64,000 nucleotides of DNA from an uncultured delta proteobacterium (lineage in GTDB: Bacteria > Myxococcota_A > Polyangia > Haliangiales > Haliangiaceae). The stretch spans positions 4,160,001-4,224,000 of the forward strand of contig CAWKDB010000010.1 of the NCBI GenBank assembly GCA_963848295.1, written 5' to 3'. Below, piece by piece: positions 20,709 through 30,328 of this stretch. A program made the translations under genes and the position numbers. Below the pieces are notes generated by a model. That model did no database searches and had not been told where the DNA came from. It saw only the letters and a program-made list of their open reading frames with translations. Each line of letters opens with the position of its first letter. The stretch's first letter is position 1.

Positions 20709-22292
20709 TCAGCCAGTCACCGAATGAATGCCGGTGGCGCCGTCGGGATGCGGCGGCTCCGACCGGATCGCTTGAAGCGCACCGGTGCCGTCGTAGGCGC
20801 GTACGCGAAACACGTGGCGACCCGGCCGAGACGGCCACGCGTAGCGCCACAGCACCCAACACAGCGGACCGAGCGGCGGCGCGACGAGCTCTGCCGGCGC
20901 CCACGGCGCGTCGTCGACTTGCACCTCGACCCGAGAGATCCCGCGCGCGCCGGCGTACGCGATGCCGCCGATCGCGGTCCCCGCTACCGTGTCGATCACC
21001 GACGTGGTGTGCGGGATCGCCGTGCGACTCCAGCCGCGATCGACCCAGTACCCCGGTCCGAGACGATCGCTCGCGCGCAGCCGGGTGAGCCATTTCGGCT
21101 GCTTCATGCCGTGGCGGTTCGGGATGTAGATGCGCAGCGGAAACCCGTGGCGCTCGGGCAGGGGCTCGCGGTTCATGTCGTAAACGAGCAGCGTGCGCGG
21201 ATCGTCCGCATCGGCGAGTGCGACGCTTTCGTAGAACCCGTCCGCGGCGGTGAGATCGATCGCCGCGGCGGAATCGCGCACCCCGGCGCGTGCGAGCACG
21301 TCGCGTAGCCGCACACCGGTCCACAGACTCGTGCCGATCAGATCACCGCCGAGCGGATTCGAGATGCACTCGAGCGTGATCACCTGCGACACGCTCGGCA
21401 GCCGGCGCAGCTCGGCGAGCGACAGCGCGAGCGGGTGATCGACCAATCCGTCGACGACGAGCCGCCACGCCACGGGATCGATGTGCGGCGGCTCGAGGTT
21501 GATGTCGACGCGATAGAAGTCGGCGTTCGAGGTCAGCTCGGGCCGCGTGCCCGGCACCGGCGCGATCCTGCGCGCGAGCACGTCCGAGGGCGGCGATGCG
21601 GCCGGGCCCTCGGTCGCGCCGAGCTCGAGCGGGGTCGGTCGGCGCACGAGGCTCGCGAGCCGGCGCCCGGTTCGCCGCAGCAAGCTCGATATCCCGAACA
21701 GGCCGGCCGCGAGTGCGAGCGTGCCGCCGACCGCGACGATGACGAACCGGCGGCGCGCCGAGATCTGATCGGGCTCGGCATCGAGCGCGGCGCGCCGGCC
21801 CACGAGCTCGCCTAGACCGGCGCCCCACCCGAGCATCACGATCGCGACCGCGCACGTGCCGACCGCGGTGAACCGGCCCAGCTCCACGCGCGCGACGACA
21901 TCGATCGCGAGCCACGTCGCGCCGGCAGTGAGGCCGATCGCGATCGCGCGGTGGCGAGATCGGCGCCCCAGCGCTGTCGCGATCGCGCCCGCGATCGCGC
22001 ACCCCGCGATGAACCCGCCGAGCGCCATCCCCTGTTCGGCGAGCTTTGCCGCCACACCGATCGGATGGATCCCGAGCGCGCTGATCGCCGAGATCATCGC
22101 GTCGATGCTGCGAGTGAGCACACCGCCCGGCAGCGCACGGGTCAGCCATTCGAACAGGTCGAACGGCACGAACGGCACGTTCGCTATCGCGTTGCCGAGC
22201 TCGAGCACGGCGAGCGCGAGCACGCTGGTGAGAGCGCCCAGGAACGAGCCCGACCAGGACGAAGCGCGGTGCACGGCTCGGATCGAGTGCAA
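20709..22292 (-). CDS. membrane-anchored molybdopterin oxidoreductase (sulfite oxidase/MsrP family)
   Basis: FYRVD, LECISN (Mo-ligand Cys), WTGVRL, HGFPLR and KWL motifs. N-terminal TMs. Start uncertain. Confidence 0.88.
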   Translation of the reverse strand: MHSIRAVHRASSWSGSFLGALTSVLALAVLELGNAIANVPFVPFDLFEWLTRALPGGVLTRSIDAMISAISALGIHPIGVAAKLAEQGMALGGFIAGCAIAGAIATALGRRSRHRAIAIGLTAGATWLAIDVVARVELGRFTAVGTCAVAIVMLGWGAGLGELVGRRAALDAEPDQISARRRFVIVAVGGTLALAAGLFGISSLLRRTGRRLASLVRRPTPLELGATEGPAASPPSDVLARRIAPVPGTRPELTSNADFYRVDINLEPPHIDPVAWRLVVDGLVDHPLALSLAELRRLPSVSQVITLECISNPLGGDLIGTSLWTGVRLRDVLARAGVRDSAAAIDLTAADGFYESVALADADDPRTLLVYDMNREPLPERHGFPLRIYIPNRHGMKQPKWLTRLRASDRLGPGYWVDRGWSRTAIPHTTSVIDTVAGTAIGGIAYAGARGISRVEVQVDDAPWAPAELVAPPLGPLCWVLWRYAWPSRPGRHVFRVRAYDGTGALQAIRSEPPHPDGATGIHSVTG

Positions 22293-22337
22293 GGCGCTCG
22301 CCGTCTCGTGCCGCGCGATGAATCTTCGCTTGCGGCG

Positions 22338-23309
22338 CTACGGCACAGCTCTCCGCACCGGCGGCTTGTCCGCTCGATCGCGGGCGCCGGTTAACACCGC
22401 GATGGGCTTCATCACCGGCCGCGGGATGCCCGATGGATGGCTGACGACCTCGAACACCGAGTCCCAGTCGGCGGTGGTGAACGGCTGGCTCTCGCCCGGC
22501 GCATCTCTGACCGCCTCGATCGCGGCCATTCGGTCCTCTCCGCTCGCACGCGTGCGCGGATGCGCCTCGAAGTAGAGCACGCCGTGATCCCATGCGGCCA
22601 GGTCGTGCTCGTCGATGATCCGCACCGGCGTCCCGAGCGTGACGCGCGCGAACAGCGCCTGGATGTCCGCCGGGTACAGTCGAATGCACCCGTGCGTCAG
22701 CTGCATGCCGATGCCGAAGTGCTTGTTCGTGCCGTGGATCAGGTAGCCCTCGAACCCGAGGCGCAGCGCGTAGTGTCCGAGGGGATTGGTCGGGCCCGGT
22801 TCGACGACCGCCGGAAGCGGATGTCCGTCGAGCGCGTGCTCGTCGAGAATCGACGGTGGTACCTGCCAGACCGGATCGCGTTCCTTCGCGATCACCGTGG
22901 TCGTCCCGACCGGAGTGGGCCAATGCTCGCGGCCGATCGCGATGGGATAGGTCATCACGATCGAGTCGCGTTCGGTCGAGGCAGGCGGAAAGTAGAACAA
23001 CCGCATCGCGGCGACGTTGACGACGATCCCGACGCGCGGAACGTTCGGGAGGATGTATCGCGTGGGCAGCTCGACCTGCGCGCCTTCGGTGGGCAACCAC
23101 GGATCGACTGACGGGTTCGCCGCGACGAGCTCCTCGTAGCCGAGGTCGAACCGGCGCGCGAGGTCCATCAGGGTCTCTCCGGCATGGACGGTGACCACGT
23201 GCATCTCACCGACGATCGTGGTCTTCGCGCCTACGCTGAACGTCTCGGCGGACGCCGTGGGTGCGGCGCAAGTGCACGCCGCGATCGCGCATGCGAGATG
23301 GCGCAGCAC
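22338..23309 (-). CDS. L,D-transpeptidase (ErfK/YbiS/YcfS family)
   Basis: ANPSVDPWLP, GPTNPLG, YLIHGTN and catalytic HGCIRL motifs. Confidence 0.93.
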   Translation of the reverse strand: MLRHLACAIAACTCAAPTASAETFSVGAKTTIVGEMHVVTVHAGETLMDLARRFDLGYEELVAANPSVDPWLPTEGAQVELPTRYILPNVPRVGIVVNVAAMRLFYFPPASTERDSIVMTYPIAIGREHWPTPVGTTTVIAKERDPVWQVPPSILDEHALDGHPLPAVVEPGPTNPLGHYALRLGFEGYLIHGTNKHFGIGMQLTHGCIRLYPADIQALFARVTLGTPVRIIDEHDLAAWDHGVLYFEAHPRTRASGEDRMAAIEAVRDAPGESQPFTTADWDSVFEVVSHPSGIPRPVMKPIAVLTGARDRADKPPVRRAVP

Positions 23310-23327
23310 GGCGGCACCGGATCGGAT

Positions 23328-23642
23328 CTACTTCTCCATCGCCTTGGTCATCATGCGCTTGGCCTTTTCAGCGTCTGCTTTGGCAAGCGCCTTCGCGTCG
23401 TTCGCGGCTTGCAGCGCTTGATCGGCGACCGGGGCGATTCCGTTCGCGCTTGCCTCGGCCTGGTCGGCCCGCTTCAGCGCCTCGTTGGCAGTGCGTTGCG
23501 CCTGATCGGCCTTGGTCGACGCCGCGTCTGCGCTGTCTTGGACGTGCGCGAGTTGCGCCGGGGTCACCGTGTGCGCGCACCCTGCAGCGACGACAACCAA
23601 CATGCCCAGCATTGCCTTGATGACGCGTCTTGACTCTCGCAT
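23328..23642 (-). CDS. Lpp/OprI-like alanine-zipper lipoprotein
   Basis: Lipobox AAGC, Ala-rich coiled coil, C-terminal KAMEK and RBS AAAGGAG. Confidence 0.85.
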   Translation of the reverse strand: MRESRRVIKAMLGMLVVVAAGCAHTVTPAQLAHVQDSADAASTKADQAQRTANEALKRADQAEASANGIAPVADQALQAANDAKALAKADAEKAKRMMTKAMEK

Positions 23643-23781
23643 AGCAATCTCCTTTCGCGCGCATCTGGTGCATCACGCGGACCAAGCGGCGCTTGAACCG
23701 AAGTGCCTCACTGCACGGATACGGCGAGCGTGAGCGAGCGCTCCAGACCTCGAGGTCTCGTTCTTGCAATTTCACTGGGCG

Positions 23782-24888
23782 ATGACCGTCGTCGCCGCGA
23801 TCGTCGTGCGCGAGCGCACGGCGTATGTCCGTCTGCACGACGTACTGGTGATCCCGACGATCGGCCCGCTCGACGAGGCGCTGCTCGCGTTGGCGGCGAG
23901 GCGCGACCTCGAGGAGATCCGACTCGACTTCGCAGAGGTGTCTCGCGCGGATTCGTCGGCGGTCGCGGTCGTCGAGCTCGCGCGCCAGTCGACCGCCGCG
24001 CGGATCGCGCTCGACCGCATGCCTGCGCCGGTGCAGGCGGTGTTCGACTCGCTGGGCGAGCGCCCGCTCGTTCCGTTGACCGAGCTGCCGCGCGCGCCGG
24101 TGCTCGAGCGACTCGGTGGGCGGATCTATGGTATCGCGCGCGCGATTCGCGCGTTCGGCGGATTGATCGCGAGCGCCACCCGGCTGTCGGGCGCGGCGGC
24201 GCTGCACCGCGCTCGGTTGCCGTCGGCCTCGGTTGGCGGCCAAGTCGCGACGATGGGCGCAGCGGCGGTCGGGATCGTCTCTCTGCTCGGCTTCCTGCTC
24301 GGGGTCTCGGTCGCGTTTCAGGGCGCGCTCCAGCTCCGCCGGCTCGGCGCGGCCGAGTACGTCGCCGGCCTGGTCGGGCTGTCGATGGTGCGCGAGCTCG
24401 CGCCGCTGATGACCGCGATCGTGGTCACCGGAAGATCCGGCGCCGCGATCGCCGCCGAGCTGGGAACGATGCGGGCGCGCGCGGAGATCGACGCGCTCGC
24501 TACGATGGGGATCAATCCGGTGCGCTACCTCGTGGTGCCGCGGCTGATCGCGCTCACGATCGTGATGCCCGTGCTCACGCTGGCCGGTACGTTCGCCGGG
24601 CTCGCCGGCGGCACCGTCGTGTGCGACCTCGTGCTGCGGATGTCGCCGCAGGCTTACTGGTGGCACATCAGCTCGGCGCTCGACGTCGCCGACTTCGCAC
24701 GCGGCGTCGCCAAGAGCATCGCGTTCGCATGGATCATCGGCCTGTCGGGCGCCCACCTCGGCATGCGCGCGCGCCGGGACGCCGGAGGCGTCGGGTTCGC
24801 GACCACCCGCGCGGTGGTCACGGCGGTGTTCTGGATCATCGTGTTCGACGCGGCGTTCGAGTCGATCGCCACGCTGGTGTCGGCATGA
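23782..24888 (+). CDS. mlaE: MlaE-family ABC permease with N-terminal STAS-like domain
   Basis: RELAPLMTAIVVTGRSGAAIAAELGTM. The N-terminus has LDFAEVSRADSS (STAS-like). Confidence 0.9.
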   Translation: MTVVAAIVVRERTAYVRLHDVLVIPTIGPLDEALLALAARRDLEEIRLDFAEVSRADSSAVAVVELARQSTAARIALDRMPAPVQAVFDSLGERPLVPLTELPRAPVLERLGGRIYGIARAIRAFGGLIASATRLSGAAALHRARLPSASVGGQVATMGAAAVGIVSLLGFLLGVSVAFQGALQLRRLGAAEYVAGLVGLSMVRELAPLMTAIVVTGRSGAAIAAELGTMRARAEIDALATMGINPVRYLVVPRLIALTIVMPVLTLAGTFAGLAGGTVVCDLVLRMSPQAYWWHISSALDVADFARGVAKSIAFAWIIGLSGAHLGMRARRDAGGVGFATTRAVVTAVFWIIVFDAAFESIATLVSA

Positions 24889-25622
24889 CCGACGTCGTGC
24901 TCGAGTGCGACGGCGTGACCTGCGGCTACGACGAGCCCGTGCTCGAGCGGGTCGAGCTCGCCGTCGAGCGAGGAGAGGTGGTCGTGATCCTCGGACGCTC
25001 GGGCAGCGGCAAGTCGACGCTGCTCCGCACGATGGTCGGACTGTTGCCGCCGCTCGCCGGAGAGGTCCGGCTATTCGGGCGATCGCTGTACGCCGAGACC
25101 GACGACGCGCGCCGCCAGCTGCTGCGGCGGGTCGGGGTCGTGTTCCAGCAGGACGCGCTGTTCGGCTCGCTCCCGGTCGAGGCCAACGTCGCGTTGCCGC
25201 TGCACGAGCTGACCTCGCTGCGCGGGCCCGTGATCGAGGAGATGACGCGGCTGCAGCTCGCGCTGGTCGGGCTAAGCGGGCTCGAGCGCCGAGCGCCGGC
25301 CGAGCTGTCTGGAGGCCAGCGCAAGCGCGTCGCGATCGCGCGCGCGTCGGTCCTCAGCCCCGAGCTGCTGTGCTGCGACGAGCCGACCGCGGGGCTCGAT
25401 CCGATCGCTGCGGCCGGGATCGACGAGCTGTTGATCCGCTATCGCCGCGTGCTCGGGACCACGGTGGTCGCGGTCAGCCACGAGCTCGCGAGCATCCGCG
25501 CGACCGCGACGCGCGCGGTCATGCTCGACCGCGGCGCGATCCGTGCGATCGGCACGTTCGACGAGCTCGCTCACAGCCACGACCAGCAGGTGTTCGAGTT
25601 CTTTCACGCGAGGCCGGAGTGA
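24885..25622 (+). CDS. mlaF: MlaF-family ABC ATPase
   Basis: GRSGSGKS, LSGGQRKRVAIAR and DEPTAGLDP motifs. ATGA overlap with mlaE. Confidence 0.92.
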   Translation: MTDVVLECDGVTCGYDEPVLERVELAVERGEVVVILGRSGSGKSTLLRTMVGLLPPLAGEVRLFGRSLYAETDDARRQLLRRVGVVFQQDALFGSLPVEANVALPLHELTSLRGPVIEEMTRLQLALVGLSGLERRAPAELSGGQRKRVAIARASVLSPELLCCDEPTAGLDPIAAAGIDELLIRYRRVLGTTVVAVSHELASIRATATRAVMLDRGAIRAIGTFDELAHSHDQQVFEFFHARPE

Positions 25623-26494
25623 CCGAGCCCAGGCGCCAGGCGCGGGTCGCGCTGTTCGCGCTGCTCGGGGTCGGGCTCGCGGTGCTGGTGCTGGTCGGGT
25701 TCGGCGCGCGCGCGTGGCTGCGCCGGACTCACTACGCGATCGCGTTCCCAGATACGGTCTACGGGCTCGAGCGCGGCGGCGACGTGTACTACGAGGGCGT
25801 GCACGTCGGCACGGTGACAGCGATGGAGCTCGCGCCGACCGACGTCGGCGGTGTGGAGGTCAGCATCGAGGTCGATCGCGACACCCCGATCCTCGCGACG
25901 ACCCGCGCCTACTTGCTGTACGCCGGCGTCACAGGCGTCAAGGAGATCGATCTGCGCACCGGCCCGGGGCCGTCACCGCGGCTGGCGGCCGGCGCGACGA
26001 TCCCGGTCGGCGAGAGCGAGCTCGACCGCCTCGAGCGCTCGGCCGATCACGTCGTGGCGCGGTCCGGAGATGTGCTGGATCGGCTCGACCAGACGGCGTC
26101 CAACCTCGCCGAGCTGACCGGCCGGCCCGAGCTCGGGGAGATCCTCGAGCGCGGGCGCGCGGCGGTCGACGATCTCGCGGGCGCGAGTCGCGGCCTTCGC
26201 GCGCTAGTCAGCGAGAGCCGGGCGCCATTGCATCGCACCCTCGCTGCGGTCGATCGCGCGGCGGGAGAGGCCGCGGACTTGTTAGGTGACAAGGCGAGCG
26301 CGGTGGTCGCGCGCGCCAACGATCTGACGATCAGGCTCGATCAGATGGTGCGCGAGAGCGCCGGTCCGTTCCACGCCGCGGTAACCGAGCTGCACGAGGC
26401 CTCGCGCTCGCTCGCCGCGTTGCTGCGCGAGTTGCGCGAGTCGCCGTCGCTGCTCCTGTTATCGCGGCCCCCCGCCGCGCGGAGGGAGCGGTGA
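25619..26494 (+). CDS. mlaD: MCE/MlaD family protein
   Basis: TM followed by YGLERGGDVYYEGVHVGTV and a helical tail. GTGA overlap with mlaF. Confidence 0.88.
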   Translation: MTEPRRQARVALFALLGVGLAVLVLVGFGARAWLRRTHYAIAFPDTVYGLERGGDVYYEGVHVGTVTAMELAPTDVGGVEVSIEVDRDTPILATTRAYLLYAGVTGVKEIDLRTGPGPSPRLAAGATIPVGESELDRLERSADHVVARSGDVLDRLDQTASNLAELTGRPELGEILERGRAAVDDLAGASRGLRALVSESRAPLHRTLAAVDRAAGEAADLLGDKASAVVARANDLTIRLDQMVRESAGPFHAAVTELHEASRSLAALLRELRESPSLLLLSRPPAARRER

Positions 26495-27117
26495 GGCGCG
26501 CCGCGCTCGGGTTCGCGTTCGCCGCCGCGGCCGGTTGTCGCGCGACCGTGCCGCCCACCGATTACTACTCGCTCGCGCCGCCGCCCGCTGCCGCGGCCGC
26601 GCGCGGCACCAACGCGGTCGTCGCGATCGACGCGCTCGACGCGGATCCACCGTACGACGATCCGCGGATCGCCTATCGGATCGGGCCGGTCCAGCTCGAC
26701 TACTACAACTATCAGCGGTGGGCGGCGCCACCGGGCGCGCTGATCGCCGACTACCTGGCCGACGCGTTCGCCGCGAGCGGCCGGTTCGGCGCGGTCGTGC
26801 GCGACGGGGGCAGCTCCGCCGCACTGACGCTCGGCGGGCGCGTGCTCGCCCTCGAGGAGGTCGACGTGACGCCGACGCGCTGGGTCGGACGGCTCGCGGT
26901 CGAGCTCGATGCGACGGACCCGGAGTCGGGACAGCTCCGGTGGAGCGAGCGGTTCGACGACACCGAACCCGTAGCGATCCGATCACCCGCCGGGCTCGCG
27001 CGCGCGATCACGATCGCGGCGCAGCGGATCGCGGCGCGTGCGATCGATCGCGTCGCACACCTGATCGCGGCAGCGCCGCACGCGAGCGCACCTGCCGCGA
27101 TCGTACCGCCTCGTTGA
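26491..27117 (+). CDS. PqiC-like ABC transport auxiliary lipoprotein
   Basis: Lipobox AAGC, YYSL, IAYR and YQRWAAPP motifs. Confidence 0.85.
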   Translation: MRRAALGFAFAAAAGCRATVPPTDYYSLAPPPAAAAARGTNAVVAIDALDADPPYDDPRIAYRIGPVQLDYYNYQRWAAPPGALIADYLADAFAASGRFGAVVRDGGSSAALTLGGRVLALEEVDVTPTRWVGRLAVELDATDPESGQLRWSERFDDTEPVAIRSPAGLARAITIAAQRIAARAIDRVAHLIAAAPHASAPAAIVPPR

Positions 27118-27235
27118 GGTACGCGCGTTGCACCGAGCCCTACAAGCATGTGCACACGGTCTTCGCGGTCACGGCCGCGCTGCGGCGTTCGCGGCGGCAC
27201 CTCCCTGAGTGCGCGAGAGAGCGCTGGTCGGTGAT

Positions 27236-28582
27236 GTGACAAGCGCGCTCGCCGTGCTCGTGATCGTCGCCGGTTCGGCCGCGGCCGATTCGGCGGTCGC
27301 GCCATTGCCCGGCCACGAGAGCGGACGCACCGACCGCGGCGATCACGGAGCGTCGCTCGGGCGAGAGCTCGCACGCGGCGCTCTGTTCTTGCCGAAGGTG
27401 TTGGTCGAGATCGTGCTCGCGCCGGTTCGGGCCGCGGTCTGGGCCGACGAGCGGTTCGCGCTGACCGACCGCTACTACCACCTGCTCTACAGCGCCGATC
27501 GCAAGATCGGGCTCGTCCCGACCGCGACGTACCAGACCGGGTTCGGGATCACCTTCGGCGCGCGGTTCTTCGATCGCGAGCTCGGCAGCGCGGGCGAGCA
27601 TGTGCTGGTCCAGGCGACGTACGGCGGGCACTACCTCGACAGCGCCTCGGTGTGGCTCGGCACCGGGCATCGGCTCGGTCGGCTCGAGCTCGGCGTCGGC
27701 GGTAACGTCGATCGCCGGCCGGACGATCCGTTCTACGGCATCGGCAACGGCGACCTCGTCTCCGCCGTCGCCGCGCCGGTCGACCCGCGCAGCTCCGACG
27801 TCGCGGCGCAGACCGCGCTGCGCTACGCGGAGAACCGAGCGGCCGCGTCGGCGGATCTCCGCATCGGCGGCGGCCTGCACGTGATCGGGCGCGGAGAGCT
27901 CACCGAGCTGAGCGTGTCGGGCAGCAGCTACGGCACGCCGATCGGCGCGGTCTACGACGTCGATGATGTCGTCGGGTTCGGCCACCCGGTGCGCCACTTC
28001 TACGGGGAGCTCGAGCTGCGCTGGGATACGCGCCGGCGCGCGTCGCCGTGGGAGGCGTCGTCTACCCACTCGACCGGCGGGCTCGCGAGCGTGTTCGCAG
28101 GCCCCGTGGCCGGGCTCGACGGCGCGGCGTCGTTCTGGCACTACGGCGGCGAGCTTCAGCGCTACGTTCACCTCGGCAGCGGACCGCGCGTGCTCGCGCT
28201 GCGGATGCGCGCGGAGGGTGTCACCGGCGGCCTCGACCAAGTCCCGGTAAGCGAGCTGCCCGCCCTCGGCGGCGACCTGCTGCGCGGCTACCCCTACGGG
28301 CGGTTTCGCGATCGGCTCGCGGTGTTCGGCAGCGTGCAGTACGAGTGGAACGTCTCGCACTACCTCGAGGCCTTCGCGTTCGTCGACGCGGGCCGGGTGT
28401 ACCGCTCGCCGGACGCGATCACGCTCGACGGCCTGCGCGTCGGCTACGGCGTCGGCGTCGCGGTCAACGACGACGCCGGCGGGTTCCTCGCGGAGGGCAG
28501 CATCGCGTCCTCGATCGACGGCGGTCTGATCCTGACGGCGGCGTTCAGCCCGGTGTTCGACGAGCGCCCGAGGTGGCGATGA
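27236..28582 (+). CDS. Omp85 (BamA/TamA-like) beta-barrel protein without obvious POTRA domains
   Basis: LGGDLLRGY..GRFRDR, FVDAGRV and GYGVGV motifs. Confidence 0.85.
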   Translation: MTSALAVLVIVAGSAAADSAVAPLPGHESGRTDRGDHGASLGRELARGALFLPKVLVEIVLAPVRAAVWADERFALTDRYYHLLYSADRKIGLVPTATYQTGFGITFGARFFDRELGSAGEHVLVQATYGGHYLDSASVWLGTGHRLGRLELGVGGNVDRRPDDPFYGIGNGDLVSAVAAPVDPRSSDVAAQTALRYAENRAAASADLRIGGGLHVIGRGELTELSVSGSSYGTPIGAVYDVDDVVGFGHPVRHFYGELELRWDTRRRASPWEASSTHSTGGLASVFAGPVAGLDGAASFWHYGGELQRYVHLGSGPRVLALRMRAEGVTGGLDQVPVSELPALGGDLLRGYPYGRFRDRLAVFGSVQYEWNVSHYLEAFAFVDAGRVYRSPDAITLDGLRVGYGVGVAVNDDAGGFLAEGSIASSIDGGLILTAAFSPVFDERPRWR

Positions 28583-30261
28583 GCGCCCGCCGGTGGTTCG
28601 CGGCGACTGCGGCGGCGATCGCGGCGAGCTGCACCGCTCCGTCGCCGTTTCCGTCGGCGAGGTTCGCCAATGCGCCGATCGCGTGGGCCGTCGACGACCA
28701 CCGCGATGTCGCGGTGCGGCCGCCGGTGTGGCCCGATCTCCAGGACCTCGACAGCTTCGACGCCATGATCGAGCGCCCGATCACCCGCGCGCTCGAGCTG
28801 CCGCGCGCCCGCCGGGCGCTGGGGGTCAACGCCGTCGACGAAGTTCCGGACTCGACCTGGTTCACGAACCGCATCGGCGTGCACGACCTGAGTCCGCAAG
28901 AGATCACGCGGGGCCCGCTCGTCGGACCGGGCCCCGAAGCGTTTCGGCCGTGGCGGGTCACCGGCACGAAGCCCGGCGGCGTGGCGACTGGCCTGATCGT
29001 CACCGACACGCGGGGCGTCAAGTACGAGCTCAAGTTCGACGATCCGGGATTGCCCGAGCTCGAGAGCGCGACCCACACGATCGTCAACCGATTGTTGTGG
29101 GCATGCGGCTACGCCGTCCCGCAGGACGAGGTCGTGTTGTTCACGGGCGACGATCTCGTGGTCGCGCCGGGCGCGAAGATCCGGACCCGCGCCGGGCTCG
29201 TCACCGGGCCGCTGACCAGCGCGGCGCTCGCGGCGGGACTCGCGGCGGTTCCGCACGCGCTCGACGGCCGAGTCCGCGCGCTCGCGTCTCGCTGGGTCCC
29301 GGGCGAGCCGATCGGCGGACCGACCCACGAGGGCGTACGTCGCGAGGATCCGAACGATCGGATCCCGCACGAGCTGCGCCGTGATCAACGCGGCGAGTAT
29401 CCGATCTTCGCGTGGCTCGACCGCGTCGACGTGTCGCGCGGCAACTCCATCGACACCTGGGTCGCCAATCCCGGTGACCCGCGTCGCCATTACATCGAGC
29501 ACTACCAGATCGACTTCGGCCGCGCGCTCGGCGTGATGGGATTGGTGCGCGCCAGCCTGCGGTTCGGCTACACGTACGAGATCGACTACGGCGATATCGC
29601 GCGCTCGATCGCGACGCTCGGGTTCGGTGATCACGTTTGGGAGCACGACCGCGCGCCGGATCGGCGAGGCGTGTCGCCGCTGTTCGTCGCGAGTAGCTTC
29701 GATCCAGGCGCGTGGCAGCCCGACCTCCCGTACGCCGCGTTCCTCACCGCCGATCGGTTCGACAAGTTCTGGGGCGCGGCGCTGATGGCGCGGTTCTCAC
29801 CCGAGCAGATCCGCGCGGCGGTCGAGGCTGGACAGCTGTCGGATCCGCGCGCGGCCGCGTACCTCACCGCCACGCTCGTCGCGAGGCAACGGGCGACGCT
29901 CGCCTACTGGTTCGCGCGGGTGGCGCCGATCGTTCGGGTCACCGCGGACGCGAACGGCGCCGGTGCGATGGTGTGCTTCGACGATCTCGCGATCACCGCG
30001 GGCCTGGCTACGCCCGCTGCGACGCACTACACGATCACCGGCCACACGCCGGACGCGCGACCGTCAGGCACGTCGTTCCAGGTCGCGGCGTCGCCGAACG
30101 GCCGGACTTGCGCCGCGCTGTCCCTCGCGCCAACTCGCGATGGCTACACGATCTTCGAGCTGGTGACGCAGCGCGCCGGTGTCCACGGCGAGACCTTCCT
30201 CTACGTGGCCCGCGATCCCGCGACCGGCGCGCCGCGCGTGGTCGGTCTGTGGCGAACCTGA
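28579..30261 (+). CDS. lipoprotein with protein-kinase-like motifs
   Basis: Lipobox AASC, KPGG, YELKFD, ELES, D-xxxx-N (DVSRGN) and IDFG. ATGA overlap with the Omp85 gene. Confidence 0.7.
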   Translation: MSARRWFAATAAAIAASCTAPSPFPSARFANAPIAWAVDDHRDVAVRPPVWPDLQDLDSFDAMIERPITRALELPRARRALGVNAVDEVPDSTWFTNRIGVHDLSPQEITRGPLVGPGPEAFRPWRVTGTKPGGVATGLIVTDTRGVKYELKFDDPGLPELESATHTIVNRLLWACGYAVPQDEVVLFTGDDLVVAPGAKIRTRAGLVTGPLTSAALAAGLAAVPHALDGRVRALASRWVPGEPIGGPTHEGVRREDPNDRIPHELRRDQRGEYPIFAWLDRVDVSRGNSIDTWVANPGDPRRHYIEHYQIDFGRALGVMGLVRASLRFGYTYEIDYGDIARSIATLGFGDHVWEHDRAPDRRGVSPLFVASSFDPGAWQPDLPYAAFLTADRFDKFWGAALMARFSPEQIRAAVEAGQLSDPRAAAYLTATLVARQRATLAYWFARVAPIVRVTADANGAGAMVCFDDLAITAGLATPAATHYTITGHTPDARPSGTSFQVAASPNGRTCAALSLAPTRDGYTIFELVTQRAGVHGETFLYVARDPATGAPRVVGLWRT

Positions 30262-30328
30262 GCCTGAGAAAATCACCGACGAAAAAACGGCTTGCCGACT
30301 CGCGCCGCGTCGACCAGCTTGCATCCCA

